DNA from: a virus
Taxonomy: Duplodnaviria; Caudoviricetes
Length of the DNA: 59,097 nucleotides
Direction: 5' to 3' (one strand)
IMG/VR virus record: IMGVR_UViG_3300025767_000018
Location: 1 to 59,097 of that record
The notes beneath the pieces are model-generated. The model saw only the letters and a program-made list of their open reading frames with translations, had not been told where the DNA came from and did no database searches. The position numbers and the translations under genes were made by a program. Shown in pieces: positions 9,981-19,754 of the stretch. Numbering within the stretch: the first letter of the stretch is position 1; every line of letters begins with the position of its first letter.

Positions 9981-10535
9981 TTACTCCTGTACAATATGTA
10001 TATGTTTTACGTGATGTGAACTACATAAAAGGCTAATTGGTTGCTTACATATCTCTTTATTATAATCGTTTATAATAACAGTATCCTGTGCTGCAAGAAC
10101 TTTTAAATTAACTCGAAACGTATCTAATAATATAAACCTGTTAGCAGTATCAACTACATAATATTCTTTGATATGATCACCGCCTTGAGCAAATAAAGAA
10201 CAATTTACATCATTCATTGTATGCGTAACTATCCACTTACCGTTAGTTATATCCTGTGTTATAATAACCAAGTTTTTAGATATCTCTTGTTTAGCAATGA
10301 CGCCTGTAGTCTGCATTAATTTCTCATGTTTATCTAAGTCTCGCGACACAATATGCATTTTTCCTGAAATTTTTGCATTTTTAATTACAATATAATCAAA
10401 AAGTTGCTTAATGTTATTTGAAAATTCTTCATAAGTTTGTAAATCAACTTCTACAAAATTGGGGCCGAACGAAGCATCTTGCATATTTGTAGCAGAAGTT
10501 ATATTTCCAGTATTGTCATAATACACATAATACAT
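9981..10535 (-). CDS. Hypothetical protein
   Basis: ORF; start moved to MYYVYYD, which gives a TAATG overlap with the upstream gene. Confidence 0.7.
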   Translation of the reverse strand: MYYVYYDNTGNITSATNMQDASFGPNFVEVDLQTYEEFSNNIKQLFDYIVIKNAKISGKMHIVSRDLDKHEKLMQTTGVIAKQEISKNLVIITQDITNGKWIVTHTMNDVNCSLFAQGGDHIKEYYVVDTANRFILLDTFRVNLKVLAAQDTVIINDYNKEICKQPISLLCSSHHVKHIHIVQE

Positions 10536-11344
10536 TATATCTTTTCTCTCAACCATGTTAACATATCGTCTGTTAGAAAATCATCTTCAACATAATGCAA
10601 TACGCCTGATTGTTTATAACCATTAATATAAATGGTATCATTTCCAAAGTCTACAGGTAATACGTCTGTCCATTTGTTAGGTACATGTTGCCAATGTTGT
10701 GCGTGAGGTTTCATATGTGTAAATGATAACATACTATTACTATTTAATGCATATTTGTCTAAGTTTAAAATCTTTAATGCTAATGCTGCACTTAAATCTA
10801 CACTGTTCCAATTTTGCATGTTTTTATGTGCATATTTTTTATAAAAAACTCTCCAATTTTTCATTATTACATCTAGAAAATTAACAAAGTTATGAGCATC
10901 GGTACTTTTACTAAATTGATACATACCAGTGTATACATCTGGCAAATTATTTGCATCAAACGCCTTGCGATAATATCTACTAGTAATAATTTCATTTCGA
11001 TAAGTTTTAACATTAGTAGCAAACGAAAGGTTATGTAAATTATTCCAAATAGGAGCAATGTTGTCTAATACTAACATGTCTGCATCAAACACAATAGTAT
11101 TAGTATATGGCGTTACATGATAAACTTTATATCGATTTTCGATCTTCCAATCATTGTGTGCAATATCACTCCATGGTATAGGAATTACTTTATCAAATAC
11201 ATTATATGGAACTTCGTCATTAGTAATTAAACTTATATTTGTGTTAGGAGATTTAGCAAGTATACTTAACGCAAGTGCATATGCTTGTTTAACATAATTT
11301 GTTGTTGAGTTATTTTGTGCTACTACGCAAATACCGTTACTCAT
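10535..11344 (-). CDS. GT-A glycosyltransferase (GT8-like)
   Basis: VFDADML DxD motif, YTG, late HY; N-terminus paralogous to 11337-12179. Confidence 0.7.
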   Translation of the reverse strand: MSNGICVVAQNNSTTNYVKQAYALALSILAKSPNTNISLITNDEVPYNVFDKVIPIPWSDIAHNDWKIENRYKVYHVTPYTNTIVFDADMLVLDNIAPIWNNLHNLSFATNVKTYRNEIITSRYYRKAFDANNLPDVYTGMYQFSKSTDAHNFVNFLDVIMKNWRVFYKKYAHKNMQNWNSVDLSAALALKILNLDKYALNSNSMLSFTHMKPHAQHWQHVPNKWTDVLPVDFGNDTIYINGYKQSGVLHYVEDDFLTDDMLTWLREKI

Positions 11345-12179
11345 TTTCAAATTCCTTGTCTATAAACGAATTTAAACTAAATTTATTCATAACATGCACT
11401 GTTGCATCTGTAAGTTTTACAGGCAAATAATCATAAGATTTATGTGCAAGTAATTTAACAGTAGTATCAGTAATATCTAATAGTACATCTTTATCTGTCG
11501 ACACCCACATGTCACTGTTTAATTGTAGTGGCCATTCTGTACTAGATTCAAATCCACTCATCATATGTACAGCAATACTAAATGCAAAATCATTCCTAAA
11601 CTTAGATTCTGGTATGTCATAAACTGTTCTGTAATAATTATAGTTTTCTTTTATATGTGCAACTAAGTCAAATACCGTCTTAGCTGTGTTGCTTTTTGTA
11701 AAATAAAGTATGGTTGCCCAATACATCGGAATAGTTTTATCGCCCACTTTATCAAAATTTATTCCGTTAAGATTAACAAGTTCGTGATGTTTTGCAACCA
11801 TAAAGTCTTCGCTTGTGCTAAAACACGATAATAGCTTGTCATTAAACAATAGTAAGTCTGTGTCAATTACTAATGTTTTCTCAAATACGCTTATTTCGTA
11901 TGCATCACTACGTGCAGAATTCTTCCATTCTAATTGTGTTTTACTATAAATGCCGTTATAGAATGTTTTAGTATGACCCTTTGGGGCATCTCTGTGAGTT
12001 ACTATATCGATATATTGTTTGTAAAACGGATAAGCAGATTTAATATAATCCTCTGCATCAGTAACAAGTTGTACTGGCAATTTGAGGTGCGTTTTTATAC
12101 GTTTTGCACAATAGATTGCTTGTTTTACATAATCAACACTGTTGTTATTAAATGCAAAAAGTAAAACTCCTTGTTTCAT
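11337..12179 (-). CDS. GT-A glycosyltransferase (paralog of 10535-11344)
   Basis: VIDTDLL DxD motif; GVLLFAFNN..DYVKQA; FRND; HVMNK. Confidence 0.7.
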   Translation of the reverse strand: MKQGVLLFAFNNNSVDYVKQAIYCAKRIKTHLKLPVQLVTDAEDYIKSAYPFYKQYIDIVTHRDAPKGHTKTFYNGIYSKTQLEWKNSARSDAYEISVFEKTLVIDTDLLLFNDKLLSCFSTSEDFMVAKHHELVNLNGINFDKVGDKTIPMYWATILYFTKSNTAKTVFDLVAHIKENYNYYRTVYDIPESKFRNDFAFSIAVHMMSGFESSTEWPLQLNSDMWVSTDKDVLLDITDTTVKLLAHKSYDYLPVKLTDATVHVMNKFSLNSFIDKEFENE

Positions 12180-12523
12180 AAATCGATTAATCCGTGTACT
12201 GATCTATTTTTCTTAATTGATTCATAGTCACTGGCATACTTACGAGATGCAAATACATACACGCCCATTATCTCTTTTGCAAATTCGTCAATGTTAGTAA
12301 CAGCATACGGAGTATTATTATCATCTAATACTACGGCATCTAATGGGTGCATTTCTGATAATGTATGTAAAAAATTAATTAATTCTTGCGTAACTGTAAA
12401 CTTGTGTCCGTGAGTGTAATGTACAAGATTTTCCTTATACTGTGCTAAAAATATGCGCTTTTGATTATTCTGTGTTTCTAAAAAGTTAGAAAACTCTAGG
12501 GCTTTTTCTAATCGTTCGTCCAT
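12176..12523 (-). CDS. Hypothetical protein (115 aa), first gene of the operon
   Basis: ORF with GGAG Shine-Dalgarno (12532-12535) directly after a consensus promoter. Confidence 0.75.
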   Translation of the reverse strand: MDERLEKALEFSNFLETQNNQKRIFLAQYKENLVHYTHGHKFTVTQELINFLHTLSEMHPLDAVVLDDNNTPYAVTNIDEFAKEIMGVYVFASRKYASDYESIKKNRSVHGLIDL

Positions 12524-12548
12524 TCGTGACTCTCCATGTATAATATAT

Positions 12549-12577
12549 ATTATACACTACAATTGACGAGATGTCAA
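12549..12577 (-). promoter_or_regulatory. Consensus sigma70 promoter for the glycosylation/modification operon
   Basis: TTGACA (12577-12572), 17-bp spacer, TATAAT (12554-12549); overlapped by a perfect 20-bp palindrome at 12537-12556. Confidence 0.85.
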
Positions 12578-12583
12578 GTTAAA

Positions 12584-13498
12584 TTAGAAATTATGTGTGT
12601 CACCAGTTGCAATAGTTGGAGCTGTTGCTGCTACGTTTGCACCTGTGGCATATACATAAGATAATGCACTAGTTAGTGTACCTTGTACGTTTTCATCAAC
12701 TGGCGGTCCTGATCCTGTTTGGTCGCCAGTATCATTGTCTTCATATAACACACGAATTCGAAGACCATTAGTAATTGATCTTGCTAGGACTTTATATCGG
12801 TTTTCTGAATAAGGATTTGCGCCTCCGCGAACATAAAGTTCACGTTCTGTAGTAGTAATATCATAATACCCATCATTGTTACTAATAGTTCCGCCGGTTC
12901 CAGATTCTTTGTATGCATCAACGTAGTTAATAGCAATAATAGCTGTATCAGATACCATTGTCCGCCAATCTAATGTTTTTGCTTCACCGCCTGCATACGA
13001 TAATGATGTGGAAATCCTTAGACGGCTACCAGAATTAAAAAATGCCTTTGCATCATTTAAGGTTGGCCAAGTAAATGTAATGTCATGTATCTTTGTTCCG
13101 TTCCAATTTGTTGCTGTTACACTACTAGCAGATATTGTCGAAAATTGTCCGGCACCTAATGAAAATCTAGTTCCTGCATCTTTAACAAGATTAACTATAG
13201 TTTCAAGTTCATCATGTATTACTTTTGTAATTCCAGTATCAGTATTTACAGTAGCAAGTGCAGGACTGGGTCCTGATCCTATCTGGTGCGTATATGCTTT
13301 ATCGATATCAGATTTTAGGCTGTTCCAATCTGCAGCAAGTACTTTATCTCCTGGACTAACAGGTGGGGCAGATAATGTTTGATTATAACCAGCAGCACTT
13401 AGTCCAAGACCAGTGGGTGTACCCATTACAAGATTAATACCCGATCTTAATGTCGTATATTCTGCTTCGCCTATTGTTTGACCCACTGTAACTGCCAT
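12584..13498 (-). CDS. Virion structural protein, tail-fibre-associated
   Basis: Gly/Thr/Ser-rich; preceded by TATAAATA late promoter and GAGG SD; follows the fibre genes. Confidence 0.6.
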   Translation of the reverse strand: MAVTVGQTIGEAEYTTLRSGINLVMGTPTGLGLSAAGYNQTLSAPPVSPGDKVLAADWNSLKSDIDKAYTHQIGSGPSPALATVNTDTGITKVIHDELETIVNLVKDAGTRFSLGAGQFSTISASSVTATNWNGTKIHDITFTWPTLNDAKAFFNSGSRLRISTSLSYAGGEAKTLDWRTMVSDTAIIAINYVDAYKESGTGGTISNNDGYYDITTTERELYVRGGANPYSENRYKVLARSITNGLRIRVLYEDNDTGDQTGSGPPVDENVQGTLTSALSYVYATGANVAATAPTIATGDTHNF

Positions 13499-13524
13499 AC
13501 TATATCCTCTTTATTAACTACGTA

Positions 13525-13532
13525 TATTTATA
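13525..13532 (-). promoter_or_regulatory. T4-type late promoter TATAAATA
   Basis: Exact T4 gp55 consensus, overlapping the upstream stop codon. Confidence 0.75.
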
Positions 13533-15060
13533 CTTTTAACACACACTCTATAAGTTTTTCATTTGCATCATCACTTGATTCAAGAGCAATTCCTACCATG
13601 GCTGTTGTTGAAATAGTTGTACATACACCATCTGACATTGCATAAACTGCATCGCCTTTTGTAACTGCACCCTTAACTCTTACAGGTAACCGTCCTTTAA
13701 GACCAATGTATTGACCATCACTATCACTGTTCATCATGTATGCTGGATCTGTTGAAACAACACCAATACAATGATTACTTGCACTTGCTGGGCAAACCTC
13801 TGCTTCGCCGCCTACTGCTACTGCTGTACCTGCTGGTAATTCTTCTGCTGTTGTGTATTTTTCTGCAAGGTCAGCATAACGTGCGCTTGTTGCAGTACCT
13901 TGGAATAATACCGCATTTAAGTTTCCACTTGCATCTCTAACTGCAACAGTACTACTAGTACCGGTTCCAATAGTATCAACTGCACCAACTCTAGCCGAGC
14001 CGCCGACTACTAATGCACTTGCTTTTTCTGATAATCCATAAAGATTAGTAGCATACACAGCCGCAAATGTATTACTAACATCGCCTAATGCTACTAATTC
14101 ATTATCAGTACCTGCTGAATTTAATCCTGGCTTTATTAACCCATAATTAAGAGTTGCAGCATCTGTAGAATACCCAAGTGTAGCAATATTTTTAATTAAG
14201 CCGCCTGTTTTTTTGCTTCTAAAACGTATTTCGTCACCTTGTGTATTTGAAATAACTCCTTGATTATCGTTTTCAATGAATAATTTTAAATCTAACCCTG
14301 CACCAATGGCAATGCCATCGTCAATTTGGATATTAACAAGTTCCGAGAATACAGTCGGAACTCCTGGAGTTGCTGTAATATAGTCTGTTGAAAGCTTGCC
14401 ACCTAGCTTTTCAGCGTTAGTAGCTGTACCATGGAACCGTTGTGTTCCGCTAGTAATTCCTGCTGCGTCATTAGGGGTATTGACAAGGGTTACACCTGCA
14501 CGTATTACATCAAATCCTGTAATAGCATTTTGGGCGTCATTAGAATCAATCGTGAATTGTAAAGGACTAATAATAAATATTACTTCGTCATTAACTGTAG
14601 CTGTAATTACACTTCTACTAACTGCAGTCGTATCGCGTACAGTTTTACTCTGCATTTGGGTAATTCCTGATCCAGCATCTTGAGGACCAATTAATACAAA
14701 GTCAGTACCGTTGTACGAATATAATTGTTCGTTTGTAGTGTCCCACCAAAAATCACCAATTGCTAAGCCAGCAGGGGCGGTAGCACTGATTTCAGCACCT
14801 CCTGTTGTACGCCATTTTGTTCCGTCATTGAATTTTAGTTTGCTGTTTGCACTATCAAACCAAACTTGCCCTCTAATTGCCCTCGGTGGTTGATTAGACC
14901 CTGCAAAATTTTCTAACAAAAATACAAAATTTTCGTTTTGTATTTCGCCGTATCCTGCATAGTTTTTACCAACTAGTTTCAAATCAGTTGTTTGGTCTAA
15001 CGTACCATCTTGTACTATTGTTAACTGATCTGTGTTGTATTTGTTAATTGTATACGCCAT
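13528..15060 (-). CDS. Tail fibre with C-terminal intramolecular chaperone/autocleavage-like domain
   Basis: Shared fibre N-terminus (LVGKNYAGYG..NENF..LLENFA, GQVWFD); C-terminal YADLAEKY...GVVSTDPAYMMN...GRLPVRV. Confidence 0.8.
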   Translation of the reverse strand: MAYTINKYNTDQLTIVQDGTLDQTTDLKLVGKNYAGYGEIQNENFVFLLENFAGSNQPPRAIRGQVWFDSANSKLKFNDGTKWRTTGGAEISATAPAGLAIGDFWWDTTNEQLYSYNGTDFVLIGPQDAGSGITQMQSKTVRDTTAVSRSVITATVNDEVIFIISPLQFTIDSNDAQNAITGFDVIRAGVTLVNTPNDAAGITSGTQRFHGTATNAEKLGGKLSTDYITATPGVPTVFSELVNIQIDDGIAIGAGLDLKLFIENDNQGVISNTQGDEIRFRSKKTGGLIKNIATLGYSTDAATLNYGLIKPGLNSAGTDNELVALGDVSNTFAAVYATNLYGLSEKASALVVGGSARVGAVDTIGTGTSSTVAVRDASGNLNAVLFQGTATSARYADLAEKYTTAEELPAGTAVAVGGEAEVCPASASNHCIGVVSTDPAYMMNSDSDGQYIGLKGRLPVRVKGAVTKGDAVYAMSDGVCTTISTTAMVGIALESSDDANEKLIECVLKV

Positions 15061-15084
15061 ATTTAAATAACCCCTTGCTATTAG

Positions 15085-15092
15085 TATTTATC
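15085..15092 (-). promoter_or_regulatory. Late promoter-like GATAAATA
   Basis: TAAATA core in a short intergenic gap ahead of a fibre gene. Confidence 0.6.
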
Positions 15093-15097
15093 GGATG

Positions 15098-16999
15098 TTA
15101 AGGATAATTGCTTGTGCTAGTAAATACCCACGTAGCGCCCGTAACTGTAAATGTCATTGTGTATCGTGTCGGAGTTAAAACTACCAAACCCGATGCTGTA
15201 TTTGCTGCTGCAATATCCTGTATAACTGTTTCGTTTTGTGTGCCAGCACTATCGACAGCTATTGTAGATTTTTGTAATACCCCTGAACTGTCTGTTGTTA
15301 CAGTTACGTTAATTCCAGTAACTGCTGCACCTGCGTAACTCGTGCAATGAATTTTAGCAACTGTGCCATTTCTCGAACTAGTTGCAGGGCTAATGCTCTG
15401 TAGTATATTTCCAACATCTACAATTGGCCCGTTTCCTGTACCTGCTGGATTTGGCCCAGTTAATCCAGTAATATCTAAAGAAAATGCAACAGGTATTGTT
15501 AAAGTTGAATTATCAACATATGCTTTTGTTGTTGCATCTGTATTGCTAGTAGGTGTTGCTAGCCCTGTAATTTTTTGATTGTTTATTGTTATATCACCTG
15601 TCGAACTAATAGTTAATGCGCCCGGTGAGCTAATACTTCCAAATGCTCCATTTCCGGTTACTGACAACGAACTCAAAGTACCTATACTTGTTAATCCATT
15701 AGCTGTAGCAACAGTATCTCCTAATTTAGTTTTAGATAATACTTGTACATTTTCAATTCTATATTCTTTGCCAGCAATTAAATCTACATTTTGATTAAAT
15801 GTCCAGTTACCTGTTGACTGTATCCAAGATATATCTTTACTGCCGTTACTTGATCGTAGTGTTATACCGCCACCGTTCGCATTAGTATCATCACCTTCAG
15901 TACTGTCATCTAATAAGCCTAATTCAATGTTAGGATCTTGAACTCTAAATTGTTGCACATCAATTGATGTTGTTGTACCTTGAATTAATAAGTTACCAGC
16001 AACAGTAAGATTTCCTGTAAACTTTCCTGAACCCGTTACGTCTAATTCAACAGTTGGAGTATCTTGGTAAATCCCAATTCGCTTAGTGCTAGTATCAAGA
16101 GTAAATGCTTCTATAAAATCATTTCCTTGTGGCACTCTAATAGCAAAATCATAATTTAATTGTTTTAATTCTAGTGCTGTAGTTGTTCCGCTATCAAGTG
16201 TTTTAAATGAAGCATATTGAGTATCGCCGAACCCAACACTAACACCGTTGGCCCCTTTAACAAAAAGTGCGCCTTCCATTTCTTGATTAACTACTGCATT
16301 TGAACTGTCTCTCTCATTAGTTCTTACAAAGTCTATTACCGAATATACAACACCTGCATCATCTATTAATGATTCTGAAGATAATGCCGATCCTTGCCAT
16401 TTAAAGTCTGAAACAACTGTTGGATTAAATCCAACTTTTATTAGTCTTCCTGCAGCATATGGAAGTATAACAGAATCCGAAGAAGGAGTAAATTGGAATC
16501 TACTATAAATTCCGGCTAATACACCTCCTATATACATTACTGTTACAGTTCTAATTTGTCCTCCAGTATCAACCATCGAAACAGCTTCAAGACCTGTTTT
16601 TCCTTGGGATGAAGTATATTGGGGACCAATTAATGTCCACACAGTATTAAACATATAGAGGCGGTCTTCACTATTATCAATCCATAAGTCTCCAATAACT
16701 GGATTAGTAGGAGCTGTACTGCTTACTGTTGGTGCACCCGATGTTATAAAATTAGTACCATTATATATTTTTAATCTGTTTTCGCTAGTATCGTACCATA
16801 ATTGTCCACTTAGGGGATTACTTGGTGCAGTAGTTGATGCAAAATTTTCAATTATTTTAACAAAATTTTCATTAAATGCTTCGCCAAAACCTTTATAATT
16901 TCGTCCAACTAATGTAATATCTGTAGAAGTTGTATCAATTATGCCGTCGGTAAGTTCTATTAACAAATTGCCATTAGTTTTATTTATTTTATAGCTCAT
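15098..16999 (-). CDS. Tail fibre protein (paralog 2)
   Basis: Same N-terminal domain (LVGRNYKGFG..NENF..ENFA, GQLWYD); RIGIYQDTP..ELDVTG and ITGLATPTSNTDATTKAYVD fibre motifs. Confidence 0.8.
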   Translation of the reverse strand: MSYKINKTNGNLLIELTDGIIDTTSTDITLVGRNYKGFGEAFNENFVKIIENFASTTAPSNPLSGQLWYDTSENRLKIYNGTNFITSGAPTVSSTAPTNPVIGDLWIDNSEDRLYMFNTVWTLIGPQYTSSQGKTGLEAVSMVDTGGQIRTVTVMYIGGVLAGIYSRFQFTPSSDSVILPYAAGRLIKVGFNPTVVSDFKWQGSALSSESLIDDAGVVYSVIDFVRTNERDSSNAVVNQEMEGALFVKGANGVSVGFGDTQYASFKTLDSGTTTALELKQLNYDFAIRVPQGNDFIEAFTLDTSTKRIGIYQDTPTVELDVTGSGKFTGNLTVAGNLLIQGTTTSIDVQQFRVQDPNIELGLLDDSTEGDDTNANGGGITLRSSNGSKDISWIQSTGNWTFNQNVDLIAGKEYRIENVQVLSKTKLGDTVATANGLTSIGTLSSLSVTGNGAFGSISSPGALTISSTGDITINNQKITGLATPTSNTDATTKAYVDNSTLTIPVAFSLDITGLTGPNPAGTGNGPIVDVGNILQSISPATSSRNGTVAKIHCTSYAGAAVTGINVTVTTDSSGVLQKSTIAVDSAGTQNETVIQDIAAANTASGLVVLTPTRYTMTFTVTGATWVFTSTSNYP

Positions 17000-19101
17000 C
17001 CTGCAACTCCTGTGTAGATAATATAGTTAATAGTTTGGAACGGATTCATAGTTTCAAGTGGGGCACCGACTTCACTAAATGCACTTCCTAATGGAATCGA
17101 AACATTTCCACTACTAGGCAATCTTTGTGATAAGTTATCTACACCGGTCTGCAGGGTTGATCCTTCAACGCCATCTGGTAAGTTAGAGCGGCCATCGACT
17201 TCTCTATGCACATAAAATTGTTGTCCTGTAGATGATTTTAAATCATGTTCGTGTTCTGGTAAATTTTCTAAGTTAATTGTAGCCGAATCAGTTCCGTCTA
17301 CTGCACCTAGTACACTCGAATTTGATCCTCTACTTCTAATATCTGGATCAGTAACAGCCGGTGCCGTACCGCCCATTGTTAAATTACCTAATGGAAATCT
17401 GCCTCTAAGATCAGGTACTTGAAAATATCCCGATGTCGGAGTTGGTCCATAAGTAAATCCAACTAATGTAAACAATGCGTCAAATGGACCTTGTGCTAAT
17501 TCTTGACCATTACAAAATTTCCAACCAGAAGGTTCAGCAACTCCTGCGTATGGCATAATACTACCTACTGGTGTTAGACCTGTAATACTATTAAATAAAG
17601 TAGCTCTAGTTATACGTTTTAAACCTGTATCTGCACCAGTAGTTCTGTCAATTAAAAAATCATCACTAGATAAACTATTAATTACCTGTTCCTTAGCACT
17701 AATAACTGTATTTTTTAATGTTAATGCGAAAGTTTTTACTCCGCCACCTGTTTGACCATCGAAACTATTTTCTACTGTCTCAACATCACCGGTTAGTCTA
17801 AATGTCGTAGCTGATGTAAGTTTATCAGCACTTCCTGATTTTCCACTTACATTACCACTAACTTGTCCTTCTAAGTTTCCTAAGAAAGTAGTTGCATATA
17901 TTTTCCTCCAGCGTTTTGTAGGAGTACCAATATTTCTAGCATTGTTAAGATCTGGCAATATTAAATCACTTGCTGCTGTATCAACTACTAAGTCAGTGTT
18001 ACCTAATGTTAAGGATTTTTGTACAGTCATCGAATCGCCAACGTTTATTGTTTTAGCAACGCCAAGGCCGCCTTTAACAACTAATGCACCATTACCAATT
18101 GTACTACTCTGAGAAGTATTATTTGTTGTAATAATTCCACTAGATTTAATATTTCCAGTAACATCTAGTGCTTCATCCGGAGCTTCATTATTGATACCAA
18201 CTCGCAAACTTGAGTCAACTCTTAAAACAGTATTACTATTTCCGGCATTTCTAACTCTAAAATCAATATTTGAGCCTTCGATATTATGCTGTATCACACC
18301 TGCACTTCCCTCAATGCCGATATTGAGCTCTGCATTAATTCCGTATGCTATGCCTGTGTTATTTTGGACATTAAGGGGAAAGGTTGTTGTTGATTCTGTA
18401 TCACTTCTTAAGAAGTCAGCAGCTGGTATTGTTAAATTGTTAACAATTAACCCTTCTGCTTTTTCAGCTGTACCATAAAACTTAACATTATTAATGCCAT
18501 CAGCATCAGTGTCTCTGTTGGCTAAGTTAATGCCAGGGCGAATTTGTCCGCTACTAAATCCAGTAATTGTTGCTTTTGGAGTAAATGTATTAAATGCAAT
18601 AATTGCAACAATAACAGCGTTTACTTGTACTTCAATTACAGTGTAATCATTATTGTCTTGGCCAGTAATAGTGTTAGGTTGGGCACCAGTTGTTAATCCA
18701 CTACTAAAACTCGGACCAACTAATATCCAAGTAGCACCTGTAAATAAATATAATTGTTGGTTATTGGTATCAACCCACAAATCGCCAGTAATTGCTTGTC
18801 CTGGGTCAGGTTCAGTTGTGCTCTTTTTAAGACCACTAGCAGAAACCCAAACTGTGCCATCGTATATTAGTAACTGTTCTGTGTTATTATTGTACCATAG
18901 TTGACCTTCAATAGGTCTATCTGGAGTTGTAGGACTAGCAAAGTTTTCTAATAAATGTAATAAATCTTCAGCAATTGCAGCACCGTATCCTGTACTGTTT
19001 CTCCCTGGCAATTTGATACTAGTGTCAGTATTAATTGTCTGGTCTTCAACTACAATAGGATCTTTTTCAGCACTATCAGTATATTGTATTGTGTATGCCA
19101 T
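16996..19101 (-). CDS. Tail fibre with phage tail collar domain (paralog 3)
   Basis: Same N-terminal domain; PVGSIMPYAG...GWKFCNG...FQVPDLRGRFPLG collar; NLPEHEH; ends in INYIIY. Confidence 0.85.
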   Translation of the reverse strand: MAYTIQYTDSAEKDPIVVEDQTINTDTSIKLPGRNSTGYGAAIAEDLLHLLENFASPTTPDRPIEGQLWYNNNTEQLLIYDGTVWVSASGLKKSTTEPDPGQAITGDLWVDTNNQQLYLFTGATWILVGPSFSSGLTTGAQPNTITGQDNNDYTVIEVQVNAVIVAIIAFNTFTPKATITGFSSGQIRPGINLANRDTDADGINNVKFYGTAEKAEGLIVNNLTIPAADFLRSDTESTTTFPLNVQNNTGIAYGINAELNIGIEGSAGVIQHNIEGSNIDFRVRNAGNSNTVLRVDSSLRVGINNEAPDEALDVTGNIKSSGIITTNNTSQSSTIGNGALVVKGGLGVAKTINVGDSMTVQKSLTLGNTDLVVDTAASDLILPDLNNARNIGTPTKRWRKIYATTFLGNLEGQVSGNVSGKSGSADKLTSATTFRLTGDVETVENSFDGQTGGGVKTFALTLKNTVISAKEQVINSLSSDDFLIDRTTGADTGLKRITRATLFNSITGLTPVGSIMPYAGVAEPSGWKFCNGQELAQGPFDALFTLVGFTYGPTPTSGYFQVPDLRGRFPLGNLTMGGTAPAVTDPDIRSRGSNSSVLGAVDGTDSATINLENLPEHEHDLKSSTGQQFYVHREVDGRSNLPDGVEGSTLQTGVDNLSQRLPSSGNVSIPLGSAFSEVGAPLETMNPFQTINYIIYTGVAG

Positions 19102-19106
19102 CTAAA

Positions 19107-19721
19107 TTATCCCTCGTTAAATCCAGTTAAACTTTGTACCCTAACAGTATAATCAATTTGAATTAGTCTATTAAGACTTTTCTGTACTGGATGGAATACA
19201 ACGTGTGTTAATAATCTGCCAGTACCGTTAGCACTATACGACTTTAACCCTAATTCGTCAAACACATACGGACTGTCTGTATTAGTTGCTGTGTCAAAAG
19301 CATCTTGACCACTTGGTTCACTATAATCTAATAAACAAGTTACTAAGATATCAGTGTAATTTGTACCACTTACATGACGTGTTTCAATTTTGTTACGTGC
19401 AGGATCAAGATTGTTTACACTTCGATCATCTACTACCTTAGTAAATGTTTCGTTATATAAACTAGCATTTGTGCCTGTACTGTTTGGAGTTAAGTATGTA
19501 ATAATACCTGTCGGGTCAACACTTGTGCCGCTGTTACCAAACCCCATTTCATATATCCAACCTGTGCCGGCATTGCCTAAACTTTCTGCAAGGCTAATAC
19601 TCATATTTTCATAATGAATAGCGTTGCGTTTGTCTACAATAACCTCTCCAGTTTCTGGATTGTGTATTTTAATGTGTCCTTGTAATAACACACCACTTTG
19701 TTCATTTAATTTATCTGTCAT
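19107..19721 (-). CDS. Baseplate/fibre-attachment structural protein
   Basis: MGFGNSGT and FDELGL...LLTHVVFHPVQKS..IQIDYTV resemble fibre-attachment domains; position in the tail module. Confidence 0.55.
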   Translation of the reverse strand: MTDKLNEQSGVLLQGHIKIHNPETGEVIVDKRNAIHYENMSISLAESLGNAGTGWIYEMGFGNSGTSVDPTGIITYLTPNSTGTNASLYNETFTKVVDDRSVNNLDPARNKIETRHVSGTNYTDILVTCLLDYSEPSGQDAFDTATNTDSPYVFDELGLKSYSANGTGRLLTHVVFHPVQKSLNRLIQIDYTVRVQSLTGFNEG

Positions 19722-19746
19722 AGTTTATATACCATCCTGCTTATTG

Positions 19747-19754
19747 TATTTATC
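19747..19754 (-). promoter_or_regulatory. Late promoter-like GATAAATA
   Basis: TAAATA core overlapping the stop codon of the giant gene. Confidence 0.6.
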
